A DNA stretch of 54,334 nt from Macrostomum lignano (taxonomy: Eukaryota), in assembly GCA_002269645.1 (NCBI GenBank), contig NIVC01002339.1:1-54334 (forward strand), in the 5' to 3' direction. Of the stretch, positions 14,232 through 28,264 are shown in pieces. The notes under the pieces were generated by a model, which was not told the origin of the DNA, made no database searches, and saw nothing but the letters and a program-made list of their open reading frames with translations. Numbering within the stretch: position 1 is the first letter of the stretch; each line of letters opens with the position of its first letter. The translations under genes and the position numbers were made by a program.

Positions 14232-17200
14232 CTAGGATTATATTTGCAGGAACAGGCTTTCAGTGTAAGTGAATAAATGTGAATAATATGTTAAATATGT
14301 GCCTGTAGCTGTCAGCTTTCACATTGGCAATGGCTGGCATTGGCATCTACATCCCATACTCAATGTCACGTCATTTTATATCGCGACCCCGATGCCAAAC
14401 TAAATACCAAGATGCCAGGTGACATCAATAAAAAAGTTCAAAATTAAGAAAATTCCAATATCTTTAACCTGCGCCCCCACACTGCTCTGACTGAGCCTCT
14501 GACCCAAGTCCCAAATTCCCAATGCACTAAATTGTTATTCTACTGAATTCTATCCAATTTTAGATCAACCATCGGATAATTGAATTTGCTTATAACAAGT
14601 TTAGATAAGTTGGCAACAATCTCAGAAAAAAACCGGGTGTCAATTTGGCATTGGGGGTCCAAATCCAGGATGCCATGGCGCCTGTATACCACAAAAAACC
14701 TCAGGTAGAGATGTTGGCAATCTATTTGATTTTGAATTCATCGACTGATGTCAGCTGGCATCCTTGGTTTTCAATTTCATTGCAATTCAGATGCTTATAA
14801 AAGACACAGATGCCATTATTGCAACTGATAGGGGTTTAGTAGATGCTGTCCAGCATATCTAGCCATAATTCATAATAATTTTGTACTTTTGACTGCAAAT
14901 GCAAATAAGTTAGCTTATTATGCAACTTTATTTGTTTGTTATTCTTTTGCTTTCTTACTTTGTTTTGCCTTTTTATCTTTTTTCAAACCACTTTTTTCTT
15001 CTTTTCTTTCTTTGCTTTTTCTTATTTAGTTGAACAACTAAGAAACATTGATACTTGTTTGGCAAAGATTCTTCAAAAAATTGTAATTAAATATTATAAA
15101 TTTTTATATTGAGAAATTGATGTTCTTCTAAATTTGTTTCAATTCCTATAAAAGTTTGTAAGTCATTTATTAATTTTTTAAAATGAGAAAATTGATTACA
15201 TATATTATCATCTAAAATTGAAAATGGTTATGGTATACCAGTGATATGAAGACACAGTTATGACATATTTACACTTATATTCTACCATTCTATGATTTGC
15301 ACAAAAGGTAATGCTGTCTTTGCCATTTTGCTTACTATGATGACAATAACTTCCAAGCCTCTTGTTGCCTTTATTCTATCTCCTTTGCTAGCCAATCACA
15401 GAATAACAAATATATCAGCCAATAGAAGTGAATCCCCATACTAGTAGTAGTGCCAATAACAATATCCTAATTTTGCTAAATGAGCCACAATCAATACTGT
15501 GTATAGATAAGAAGCTAATGCTCCCTTTTGAAATAATTATAGAAAGTAGCAAGCACAATAAGGTAGTGTTAACCATCAATAGCTACTGTGTTTTGTCAAG
15601 TCAAAGGTCTCCAAGTATTTGTCAACAGAAGATCCCATGAGCTATGAGCATTGGAATGACAAATCAACTTAGTAATAACTATCATGCTATTATTTTCTAA
15701 TATCATCATTCCATTAGCAATAGTTAAAATAACTAGCATAAAAACTACAAAAAATAATAGGAGGTTGACTATATTTGCCATTATATTTAGAGCCTAGATA
15801 ATTTTGTAAGCATTTTAAAGTGAAACTAGAGATAAAAGCCATAGTCAAGGTAATATAGTATGTCAAAATAAATTTTTGGAAGACAATTTATTATATTTAC
15901 TATTTATATATTAATATGTATGTTATCTTATATCTAAAGCAAAGCAGACTAGCTAGCTAGGTTTTATATATATATCTCTTCTTAAATAGCTACCAACAAA
16001 AATTTATGACTATATATTATCAATAGAATTTTCCTACAGAACTAAAAAGCTATTTTAATGTTGGAAATTTAAAAACTACAAGCATTAGTCTTTTTAAAAA
16101 AAGCAAAAAAAAATTTTCAACCTTCTTTGGCCACTTTGTCTCTCCAATGGAGGGGTGGTGGCATGTTTTTAAAAAGGGTAGAAGGAAGATGGCAATTAAT
16201 TTATAACTGTCACTATGTATTGGAGGGGTGGGTATATTCAATGCAAATACCCCCCTCCCTATAAAAGGTACAAATAAACTTTAATGCTTGTTTGCTAGAG
16301 AGAAGTTGAGTGCCCATTTGCACTATTAAATTGAACTGTGTACATTTTGTGGGGTGGTAGGAAGATCAGCTACATTGATTTCTTGGCAATAGAAGGGCTG
16401 ACAAACCATGTGATTATTTAACTGGGTGCTACTATATCAAGATTCAATTGGTTTTATTATCAATAGCAGCCCTATGTATTAGCTAGATAGTGAAATTAAC
16501 ATAGCAGGCAATGAACTTACTCAATACTTCAATGCTTTAAATTGAGAAGTTTCAAATGCTAATAATTGTTCCTTGAGTTTTAAACTTTGAAAGGAGAGAC
16601 TTATATTGCTAAAAAGATCTTGCAATGCTGATGAAGAAGATGCATTTCAATGAATGGAATTCTGGCACAATAGGAGTTCTACTTCTCTATCCCTTTATAA
16701 ACAACTATGTAAAATATACACAAAAATTAATTAATTAAACAATAAAAAATTCAAAATCATTTAACAAATGTTTTACAATAGCTGCTAAAAAGTTGTGCAC
16801 TATATACAATAAAGACCTTAGCATGTGCCATGATTATATGCCAAATGTATTAGAATTCCCTTGTATACACTAGAATTTGTTATAACAACGGCCATTTTCT
16901 TAATTATAAACTATAAGGTGTTTCTATGACTTGTCACAATATTAAGGTAGACTAAATGAGGTTTAATTTTTAAAAAATCTAAAATTAGTTTATGTTATAG
17001 CTAATGAAAGATTTTTGGCTTTTATCATATTATCTTTAGAATTTAAACTTAGTCTAGTCTTCAACAAATCTGATAGGCCTAGCTCAAATACTTTTTGAAG
17101 AGTGCCAAATGACTATCTATAAAAATTTTACTTATTCTAATAGGGGTTTATAGCATCTATATTCTAAATTTAGGTTCTTTTTAGATTTGTTTACAGATGA

Positions 17201-20200
17201 TACCATTTTGATATTGAATTATTATTATCAAAGTAGATAATATTAATAAGATTTCTTACTCTAGAAGAAAATTTACTACAATGCTAACTTACAAAAAGAG
17301 TATTTTTTTCTTTTTTATCTAATATTGTTGCTATTATAAGGTGAAAGCTTAAAATATTATTCAATTTTGACCAAAATAGAATGAAACATATTTGACCAAA
17401 AAGAATATTAAATATTAAATAGAATATTAAGAATTAAGAATATTAAATAGAATTGGGATTGCCCCCTCCCAACAAAGGGCAGTTGTGCTAGTTAGTAAGT
17501 AATCATATATTTACAAACTGTTTTTGAGACTTAACAAACTTTTCTTGTATTATACGTAACTTTGTCTAGCAAGAAGTATTTAAAAAAAGATTTTTAAAGG
17601 ACCCTAAACTAATATTATATCAAATATACTGTTACATTCTATGTGTAAAAATCCAAGTAGCTAAAGTGGCTCAAAAAGCAAAAATTTATATTTTGTTTAA
17701 AAGAAAGAAAATTGATTAACAACTTCTTTTATCATTTATAAACAGTTAGGACTAGAATTAAAATTATAAAAATCTTGCAAGAGCCCAATATTGGCAATAG
17801 TTTGGCAATAGTTTCAACACTTGATCTATTACAATATTAAGTTCTCTTTGCCAAGGCCTAAAATGTCCCATCAAAGAGGATATAGCTAAAATGGTAGAGT
17901 TCTTCTCTCCTCTCACATTATATAAATGTAAATCAATATAATATATAATACTATAATAATATTTATAATAATATTATTAATAATAATGGAATTCCTTTGG
18001 TTTGCAATCATTGAAATTAGTGACGCTCATCATTAGAGAGATAGGGAAGAGACAAAAGTGTTGCTTTTTTATCAAAATGCAAATGAACAATTGACAAGCA
18101 CTCCAATCCTTTTTATTTATCCACCATAGCACTATCACTTCATGTTGCAAATAAAAAACCAAAGGTTAAGGGGTTTTAGTGATTGATTTCACAATTCCAA
18201 AAATTCAAAAACAAATCCATGAAGACAATCCTATGAGTATATTTCCACTTTGGTTTATAATCATTTGAACAGAAAGAAATACATGTAAATGATTATGAAC
18301 CAAAGCTAGCATGTATATAAGGGGGTTATATTGCATGAATTCAATTTCCAAAAACAAATCCATGAAGAGGATCATATATATCCATGTTGGTTGATGATCA
18401 TTTGAATGGAAGAAATGATTGTGAACCAACTAGCAAGTGTGTATATAACAAGCACTTGAAATCAATCACTATCTTAATACATGCTAGCTTTGGTTCACAA
18501 TCATTTACATGTATTGCTTCTATTTAAATGATTATAAACCAAAGCTGAGGGGGGGGGGATAGCATGCAGGGAATAAAGTGTTAATTTAATTTGGAGTGCA
18601 CATTAATTCAATACATTTCAATCGCTGACAAGTCCAAGTTGAACAAATAAGTATATGCAACAATATATGCGCAACCTCCAAAATTTTGTCAGCCATGTGA
18701 CTTAGTTTTAACAAAAAATGTGAATGAAGTTTTAGGCCAAAATGTGACTTTCTTATAAAAGAAACCCTAGAGCAAAATTATTGCAACTTTGGGTAAATGG
18801 CAAGAATAAATATGACTGTCTTATTAAGGCAAAATGCCTCATTATCTACTTAGTACTACTTGGGTATTTATTTGGGTGGGCATTTTTGTGACTTATCTCA
18901 GTTGGCTACCAAATTGGTTGGCTAGCTGACTTGCCTGACTGTTGTGCATGTATGTATGTGACTATGTCTTTCACATCCTCTCAGCTTTAGTACACAATCA
19001 TTTAAATGGAAGCAATACATATAAACAAAGGTGTTGCAAGATCTTGATGAGATGAGATTCAAGAAAATATCTTTAAATTTTTCTTGTCTTGAGAAATCTC
19101 GACTTTTGTAGAAAATTTTGAGATGAGTTTTGAGAAATCAAGACATTTTTGGACCATTAAAAATGAAATTTTTGATTAAAAAATATGTTAAAAGGCAAGT
19201 ATTTTCTATTGTTGAACTTGAGCTTTTTGTTTGAATATTTCAGCAAGAATATTTTGAAATGGATAAATTCTGTGATAGGTTAGGTTAGTTGAGCAGTATT
19301 ACATCATTGTAATAAATGCAAACATTTTTATAAATGCTGACATATAAACTTGTACTAATACATTTTTTGTTATTATTTCAATCTTGCAACAAAGAGATTT
19401 GGCAGCAGACTCAAAGGATCTGCTGATCCTATGGCATATTTGTTGTAATGAGATATATTTTTTCAATTTTTTAAAATCTTATTTTGTCTTATCTCAAAAG
19501 TTCTCGACTTCAGACTTTTCTCATCTCAAATTTCATCTTGGTCTAAATCTTGTTTTCCAATAGCTTTGCATGTAGATGATTGTGAACCAAAGCATGTATT
19601 GAGATAGTGATTGAATTTAGATAATGCTTATAAAACACTAAAACCTTTTTACACACACACTAGCTTTGGTTCACAATCATTTACATGTATTGTTTCCATT
19701 TATATGATCGTAAACCAAAGTAGATACATAGAAATACCTCCGACCACATAGTTAGAATCATGGCATATTTATACCAGACCAATCCTATCAAAAAAATTTT
19801 GCTTACACTGTGTCAGAAATTTTGTTCATAAAAATGCAAAATCCATAATTATCCTTTTGAAAAATACTATTAAAACATACATTTGAATCTGTTTTATAGA
19901 AAATGCAACATTTATGTATATTAATTAAATAAGCAATCAATACACTAGCAAAAAGTGCTAATAAAAAGAAACTACAAGCTAATTTTTGGTCTAAGGAAAT
20001 ATTGTCTTATTAGAAGTTTTTGTCTTATACCAAATTTGCCAATTTTTTTGTATTGCACCATACTATGCCAGATTTTTCTCTCCTTTGCTTGTTATTGTGC
20101 TGGAATGTGCCAGTAGGTCACATGTCTAACCCCTTTTAGCACTAGAATTTTCTGTGAAAAAGGCCATCTTCCTGACTATGGATATATATAGGACACTAGA

Positions 20201-20482
20201 CATGAGACATTAGATCTTCTATCATTCAGTTTCTTTAGTAAACCAAATATGCCTAGTTTTTTTCAATTAGGCCATTATTGCTAAAATGGAAATTTACATA
20301 GGGATTGTGAACCAAAATGTGGGTAGAAAAATGAATGTAAACTGAAAGAATACCATAATAATAACAATAAGAATAATTGATAAAATTTGTCCTAATTGGG
20401 CAAGATTCAAGATAGAAATATAGCATATTTAGTTGAAGTTATAAAAATACTTCAGACAACATATAAAACATTACAAACTTAC

Positions 20483-20512
20483 CTCTTTATTAAAGTTTTG
20501 TACAACTTCCAT
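20483..20512 (-). CDS. SCAF4/SCAF8: SCAF4/SCAF8-like, 30-nt first coding exon (MEVVQNFNKE)
   Basis: ATG GAA GTT GTA CAA AAC TTT AAT AAA GAG|GTAAGT supplies the missing SCAF N-terminus (MEAVKTFNSE-like) with a consensus donor in phase 0. Confidence 0.85.
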
Positions 20513-21191
20513 TATCAATAAATTTTAAGTCAAGAAGTTTTAAATAAAAGTTACAATTTACAAGAAAATTTGTAACAAAGGTTGCAACCTTAGGATTTTG
20601 TTGAAGTGCTTCAAAGAAATAAAGCATGTATGTTAGGCCTATAAAAGCCTTACTTTACTTTTGTTCAAAATATTGGTAGGACTGGGACAAAATTAAATGA
20701 GTCTTGCATTTACCCATAGAATTATAATATACACCTACAAACTATCAATATAAAAAAGTGGATTTTAAACTGCGTGGTAATGTCTATTTATAAGCTATAA
20801 AATATAAAATATATATGTGAATTTCCCTGATAGCAACAGCAATGACTGCAATTTATTCGAGTAATTATAACCTTCCAGCTTCGCTTTACAAGCCTGATTC
20901 AATGTCGATATCTAGTCTAGTCAAGTCTAGGTCTTAGGTCTTATGCATTTCCAGGAACATAGGTTCGACGAAATTTATTTTGAAAACGTAGTCACCATAT
21001 AACAATTCTTACTGAACAAAGTAAACTTTACTAGCAATAAAAGCGATTTGAGGATACCTACGTTTATATCTAATAATCTAAAAATGAATGTACTTATTTA
21101 AGCTTACAATGTATATTTAGAAGATGTACTTTGATCTGACACTTCATAAATCGTCGAAACATCGATGTTAAAATCGGATATCGGGTATTAG

Positions 21192-21358
21192 TGTCAGTGA
21201 TGCACTTCTAACTATAATTTATTGTACGCTCATCTGCGCCCCAGCCGCCCCGTCCCCCAATCATGTACGTTGCTATCGATTGCTCAGTCCACCTCGCCCC
21301 CTCTATGTAAAATGCTTTTTGACACTCTTGAATATCTCTCGGTTGCACGTTCATTACA
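21192..21358 (+). repeat. 5' LTR (167 bp)
   Basis: TGTCAGTGATGCAC...GTTCATTACA, near-identical to 25706-25879. Confidence 0.95.
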
Positions 21359-21387
21359 TGGGGTCGCAAGCTAGCTAGCCTCAGTGC

Positions 21388-22260
21388 ATGGACCTGAAGC
21401 CACCCGAAGAGTTGGAGACGGACGTACTCCAACAAGTCTTGGAAACGCTGGCGACAAAGATTTTGAAATACCTCAAGGCTACTGGCATTGTTGGAGAAGA
21501 GCGTCGAATAAAGTTGCTTTTGCACCCGATCGGTGACAATGGCCTTGACATTTATAACACCCTGGAGACAGAAATAGAAGAGGAAACAGCGGAGGGTGCA
21601 ACGGCAAGGCGACCAATAGCTTTGACGAGTTGCTGGAGCTATTCGACGAGCACTTCTAGTCCGCGTACGAGCGAAGTCTTCGAGCGTTTTAAGTTCTGGG
21701 AACGCGACCAGAAGGAGTCTGAGCCAGTCGACCTGTTTGTGACTGACTTGAAACGTCTGGCTGGAACGTGCAATTTCGAAACACAAAAAGAGAAAATGAT
21801 TCGAGACAAGATTGTCCTGGGGTGCAACGACTCAGGAATGCGAGAGCGGCTACTTCGAGAACCGGACTTGGACCTGAGAACGGCAATTGACATGTGCAGA
21901 GCTGCAGAGTCCGCGCGACATCAGCTAAAGGAAGTCTAAAAAGGCCTAAACGTCGTAAGGTTGTCACCTGCTCCGGCAGCGCCGCGGCAGCAACAAATCC
22001 GCAACTCGGGGCGCCCAGTGTCGAGTACAGCGGCCCAGTCGACGGCGCAGGGCCAACCTTGCCAAAGTTCGAACCCGAGTCAACTTCAGGGACGCCTTCC
22101 TGGAGAAAGTCGCTGTCACAACTGCGGTTACAGTCATCGTGATGGCAAGTGTCCGGCTTTTGGTAAGCGGTGTTTGTCCTGTGGCCGTCTGAACCACTTT
22201 CGCAGTCAATGCCGAAGCAACAATATCCGGAGGGTTGGTTATGACTGTAACAGCAGCTGA
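21388..22260 (+). pseudogene. gag: Gypsy gag (disrupted)
   Basis: FWERDQKESEPVDLFVTDLKRLAGTCNF...MIRDKIVLG and CCHC knuckle CLSCGRLNHFRSQC. Frameshift and a stop at ~21937. Confidence 0.85.
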
Positions 22261-22289
22261 AGGTGAGGATGCCAGTGCTGGTGAAGAGG

Positions 22290-25200
22290 TGTATTTTATC
22301 GGAACGCTGCAGACTGAACGCGGTTCCCGTTGGTTAGCAGAAGTCCAGCTTCCAGATGGTAATAAGCTGCAATGCAAGCTAGACACCGGAGCAGAGGTGA
22401 GCGTGCTGCCAGCAGATTATTTCCCAGTCGGTGAGCAGTTGCTAAAAACTCACACTGTGCTGACGGCGTTTGGAGGAGCTCGCATTCCTGTCGTTGAAAA
22501 GTGTCGTTGAAGGTCAAGGTGCAGGGTCGGCCGTGCGAGATAGAGTTTATGGTTTCAGAGGTTGAACAAGCAATCATTGGTTTACCAGCGCTAAAGGATC
22601 TGGACCTAATTCGACGAGTTGAAAGCGTTAGACAGCTACCAGTGATTGACGAAAAGTTAGTGCTAGAGGAATTCAGTGACCTGTTTGACGACAAACTTGG
22701 CTGTTTGCCTTACGTGCACTCGTTTACTCTCGATGAACATGCTGTTCCTGTCGTCAATGCTCCGAGAAAGATTCCCTTTTGCGCTGCAAGGCAAAGTTCA
22801 GGAGGAGTTAGAGCGCATGGAGGCCCTCGGAGTCATCGTTAAAGTTTCTCAGCCAACGGATTGGGTAAACTCTTTGGTTACTGTACACAAGCCAGATGGC
22901 AGCCTGCGACTGTGTATCGATCCGACACATCTCAACAAAGCTATCAAGCGCGCTCACTACCCGATGACAACAGTTGAGCAAGTTGTTGCGCGCATTCCAG
23001 GTGCCAAGTACTTTACCGTGCTGGATGCAAAGACTGGTTTTTGGCAGATAAGACTTGACGAAGAAAGTACACAGCTCTGTACTTTCAACACTCCGTGGGG
23101 CAGATACAAGTTCGTTCGCCTGCCCCCAGGAACTATTGATGCACCGGAAGTCTACCAACGTGAGCTAAGCAAAATTTTTAGCAGCTGGGCTGAGGTAATT
23201 GTTGATGATATGCTTGTCTGGGGACGGACCCGCGAAGAGCACGATCAGAAGCTACTCAAGGTGCTCAGTGAGGCCCGTCAGTCGAATTTAAAGCTAAATC
23301 GCAAGAAATTGAAAGTTGGTGTTTCTTCAGTAAACTATGTTGGTCACGTGATCTCATCTGACGGTGTTCGTCCAGATCCTGCTAAAGTAAAAGCCATTCA
23401 AGAGCTTCCGGTTCCAGGTGATAAGCAGGCAGTGATGCGGCTGCTTGGCATGACAACCTACCTGGGCAAGTTTATTCCGAATGCGTCGGACATCACTGAA
23501 CCTCTTCGTGCCCTGCTCAAGAAGGAGGTGCTTTTTGACTGGCAAGAGAAGCAGCAACAAGCTTTTTAGAAGCTAAAAGATGTTCTGACGAACGCTCCTG
23601 TGCTAAGGTTGTTTGACGCCGATATGGAAGTTGAGCTTCAAGTTGACAGTTCATCGATCGGAGTTGGTTGCGTTTTGCTGCAGAATGGACAGCCTGTGGC
23701 GTATGGATCGGCTGCGCTGACCAACACGCAAAAGAACTATGCTCAGATTGAGAAGGAGACTCTGGCCGTTGTTATTGCCTGCAAGAAATTCCATGACTAC
23801 ATATATGGCCTTCCAGTAGTACGAGTGACTACAGACCACAAGCCCCTGGAGGTCATTTTTAAGCGTGACTTGCTTCATGTTCCGCCACGCATTGCTCGAA
23901 TGCTGTACCAACTCAAAATATATAATCTGCATGTATCCTGGGCACCGGGATCCAAGATGCTGATTGCCGAAATGCTTTCAAGAGCTTACCTTCCGGAGGC
24001 CGAGGCTGCTCTAGACGACGAAATTGAGGTGGAGGTGCATCAGATGAGCAAGAGCCTCACGATTTCTGCCATTCGTTTGCAGTAAATCCGAGACGAGACC
24101 CGCAAAGATTCGGACTTAAGTTCTGTAGCCCGGTTTGTTCTGACGGGTTGGCCAAGCAACTTTCGGAACATTTGCCACTCTGTCCGTCAGTATTGGAGCT
24201 TCAAGGAGGACTTGACCTACAATGCTGGCGTGCTGATGAAGTTGGACCGCGTTATTGTTCCAGCATCGTTGCGGCAGAAGATTCTGCAAATTTTACACGA
24301 AGGTCATGCTGGCGCGGGCAAGACGGAGGCCCGAGCTCGTCAAATTCTGTACTGGCCAGGAATGTCAGCGGACATTAAGAACTTCGTGAAGAACTGCAGC
24401 ACCTGTCAAACGTTTCAGCCGGCTAACCCAAAGGAACCGCTGTTGAACCATCAGATTCCGAATGCACCATGGACCAAGGTTGGTTGTGATCTGCTGGACT
24501 TCAATGGTGACAAGTGGCTAGTCGTTACCTGCTATTACAGCAACTGGATCGAACTGGCAAAGTTAGGTCAACAGTCTGGAGCTGACCTGGTGATTGCTCG
24601 AATTAAGTCGATGTTTGCCAGGTTCGGTATCGTCGAAGAGCTGGTCAGTGACATGGGCCCCCATTCAGCTCGTTTAAGTTTCAAGAGTTTGCTGCACAGT
24701 TTGGTTTCGTGCACACGCGCTAGTCACGCGGATACCCGCAGTCCAACGGAATGGCTGAGAAGGCAGTCACGGTGGCAAAGAGCACCCTGAGGAAAGCTGA
24801 CTAGCCTGAAATTGCGCTAATGGAATATCGAGCTTCACCAATTAGCGGTACGAGCACCAGCCCCAGCGAGCTCATGTTCGGTCGGTTGATTCGGACGAAG
24901 CTACCAGCAGGTGAAGAGGCGCTGCTCAAAGACAGAACAACCGGATTCTCCAAAGCCCCGCTGCAGGCTGCTCAAAAACGGCACTACGACCAGCAAGCCC
25001 GACCGCTCTCAACACTGAATCGGGGAGATGCAGTTCGTTTTCGGCACGGTTTCAGATGGGAGCCAGCTGTTGTGACGCAAGCTGACCCGGAGCACCGCAA
25101 CTACCGATTGCTGACTCAAAGCGGCAGGGAGCTGATTCGCAATCGCCGGGACCTGCGACCAGTGCCGCCGCAGCAGTCCACTGCTGAAGCCGAAGACGTC

Positions 25201-25335
25201 CAGCCGGCGGCCCAGGCGGCTCCGGCCGGCGATGAGTTGGCGGCATCAGATCTTGCGAAGCCTGAAGAGCCACTGCGCCGCTCTGCCAGGGCCACAAAGG
25301 GCATTCCGCCTCTCCGCTACAGACATGACGTGTGA
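22290..25335 (+). pseudogene. pol: Gypsy pol: protease, RT, RNase H, integrase (disrupted)
   Basis: KLDTGAEVS (PR); LDAKTGFWQI, IVDDMLVWG (RT); VDSSSIGVG, YAQIEKE, TDHKPL (RH); HEGHAG...CSTC, VGCDLLDF, LVSDMGP (IN). Confidence 0.9.
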
Positions 25336-25705
25336 GTGATAGGGACAGTGACTTTTGTTTGTTTTCAAGGACTGTTACATGGTTTTTCAATGCAAAGATT
25401 AGGGTTAATCCGCTGACTTGGTTGCTGAGAAAATATTCCAAATTTTTTAATTCCTTGTTTAAATCGAATTTCGTTGTTGATTTTTTTGTATCAAAGATAT
25501 GGAGAAAAACAATTTTTTGCATTTGTTTTAAAAGAACTATTTATGCCTAATGCGCAAATAATGAAAGATTTTGGAAGCGATAATTCCTTCGAGCAATTGA
25601 TTTTAATGCTTCTCGATTTGTTGCTATTGGAAGAGAATGATTAGTGATAATTCCTTCGAGCAATTGATTTTAATTCCTCTCGATTTGTTGCTATTAGAAG
25701 AGAGA

Positions 25706-25879
25706 TGTCAGTGATGCACTTGTAACTATAATTTATTGTACGCTCATCTGCGCCCCAGCCGCCCCGTCCCCCTATCATGTACGTTGCTATCGATTGCTCA
25801 GTCCACCTCGCCCCCTCTATAATATGCTTTTTGGCACTCTTGAATAATACACGTTTCTCTCGGTTGCACGTTCATTACA
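25706..25879 (+). repeat. 3' LTR (174 bp)
   Basis: Matches the 5' LTR with a few substitutions and a short insertion. Confidence 0.95.
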
Positions 25880-27970
25880 ATTAGAAATATACTTGATTTC
25901 AGAAGTAGCAAACAAGTTCCATGAGTATTTGCAACTTAGGCTAATTAAACGAAAAGGAAACAATTAAAGATGAAAATGATCTAAACTTTCACTAACAACT
26001 TAATAAAATGGACGAGCAGTAACATGCTAAATAAATAGTAATGTTCACTGCCCCAGATCAAATGCATTCATTGATTTTGTCATGAAAAAAAAAGTTTTTT
26101 GCCTATCTCCACAGTGTAATTTTTACGGGAAATTGGCCTCCTAAAAATACACAATCTTTCGCTTTATGTCCTGCATGGTTGCATGATGTGTAAACAGTAC
26201 TGCAATGAGGTATACCATTCGGCGTGGATGACATGATGGCCTTCGGCTAGCTGAAATTTTCGACGCCGCAACAGGTCGCCTGTGTTGGCAGAAAAAAATT
26301 TGCGCTATAAAATTTCACGTTTTCTATGGTAACAGCACAGCTACCTTTAGTGATATGGATTGCGACGCACATCAGCGGTATCGATAAAGACCATTGTGCA
26401 AACTAACAAGCAGCGGTACTCTGCAGTACAGAAATGGTAGAGTTTGCAAAGGTAGAGTTGATCAATCCCTTATTCAATTTGGATATCCATGCAGCTAGAG
26501 ATTCTCTACCAGCGTATCGAACTAGTAGAAGCTTTCCACTGGATGGCACAAAGCTGCAGCTGAGAGAGAACGCAGCTGATGTAAAAAACGAGGTAATCCG
26601 GAGCTAATACAACGATCAGTACCAGTACTAGGATTTGTCTTGGCATCTCAGACGCAAATCATCAGTCACAAACTTCCAAATCCTACATGTACATGTATAT
26701 TACCAAGAAAGAATTGTGGGACCTTCTCAGATCAAGTTGCAGAATCCTGCCGTAGCCGAAGTTTTCTCGGACACATTCGTCCACTCAAGACCTGCCCACC
26801 GAGAGAAACTCCCCAGTGCACAGTGCTCTTGTCGTCGGTCTGAAGGACAGTACATAGCAGAAAAACTTGCACCACGTCAACTTACTGTTTAAGAGTCTGT
26901 CAGTCAGTGTCTATAGGTATGTACGTCTGATTAGTGTTGTAAAGACTGGCGCAGGCAGAGCACGACTGTCTTCTGTGAATCTTGTCCGGCTGTCGCTGGG
27001 CACCCTCAACGGTTAAGGACAGCAGGAAGAGATCGTCACCAAAGCCAAGCAGACTGATTTAGCAGCCCCTCCGGCTGGCGTCGACTCACTCGTTGACTGC
27101 AGCAGACCGTCCGGTGTTGACCTATACTAGAAGTGTTCGTGTCTCGGTACATTGCCATGATGAAGGAAACCAGCTGTTCTGGTACGTATTACGTACAGGG
27201 CAACCATTGGGAGCACGTGACGGCCCTTACGAACAAGTCGACTACGAGGACGCAGCGGCTCAGGACGCAAGTGCGGATGCAGCAAGGGCTGAAACCGGGG
27301 CAGCAAAATCCGGTTGAAGAGCTCCATTGCACAGCGCAGGACTGGAGGCAGATGCCTCGATGCTACTCATCAAGCCTTGTGGTGCCTGCCTTCTTGGGAA
27401 TAGCGATGATTTGGGCCGTGTGGTCTATTCGTTGGGTGCCTCCTCACAGAGGACCTCAATCCGGACCCTGCGCGCTTTCCTGCCCGGCAAACTGTTAGGC
27501 GAGCCTCACAACATCGGCAGTGCTGACTGCTGCTTTGCTGAACTTCTCCTCCAACAATGGCGTTTTCAGAGGAAACGCCAGATTGGCAGCGGAGGTTTCT
27601 CAAACAAGGAGCCGATGATCGAACCGAAAAGCTAGCGGTGTGATGGTGCGGCGGTCGACGGGATCTGTGTGCAGAGAGCAGAGTGCCTGCCTCCGTGTTC
27701 CGTTCCGGCCGCGCGCAGGACTAGGACTACCAATGTGTCATGCTGCGCCGTTGCCTTCACCTGCACTGAGAGCTGCTCGAAGAAGACTTGAGCCTTATCA
27801 ACAGGTATCTTTTCAAGCCGTAAAATCGGACGTTGACCCCAAGTAGCCAGGAGGACAGGGAGGTTATAATGTCAGTGTCCAATTAGCACTCAAACTCCAA
27901 AATGGGCTCTGTCATACGTAGTATAGGGTCCATCCCGCGCTAAGGTTCTCAATGATAAAACTTCGGTGCT

Positions 27971-28264
27971 CAATTATAATTGTATCAGCCAATGGGCAGA
28001 TGTGCAACCGACAGCTCAGCCGCAGCTTTTGCGTGGCGCATCTGAAGGCTGCGTACGGCTCTTCAGTCCAAGGACTGGGGGGTCGCCACACATACCCTCA
28101 ATTATCCCAGCTAATGCTGGCACCCATTTTACAGCTGGGTGAACTGAAGCAATGCAGAGTTAAGTGTCTTGCTCAAGGACACAAATTTTTCCAGTGGGAT
28201 CGGGTATCGAACCCCCGACCTCCAAGTCGTGAGTCCGACGCTCTAACCGCTAGGCTACAACCCC
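27971..28264 (-). mobile_element. tRNA-derived CORE-SINE
   Basis: Minus strand: GTAGCCTAGCGGTTAGAGCG (A box), GGTTCGATACCC (B box), then TGTGTCCTTGAGCAAGACACTTAAC...CAGCTGTAAAATGGG, resembling the MIR/CORE domain. Confidence 0.8.

Larger units (their letters stand above)
21192..25879 (+). mobile_element. Full-length Ty3/Gypsy LTR retrotransposon (Mag-like), with frameshifts and stops
   Basis: TG...CA LTRs, 5-bp TSD ATTAG (21187-21191 and 25880-25884), TGG-starting PBS position at 21359, PPT AGAAGAGAGA before the 3' LTR, domain order gag-PR-RT-RH-IN. Confidence 0.95.

Noticed and set aside
26950-27850. GC-rich, coding-looking stretch with several short ORFs
   Set aside because: No recognisable domain in any frame, and stops in all frames; left unannotated.
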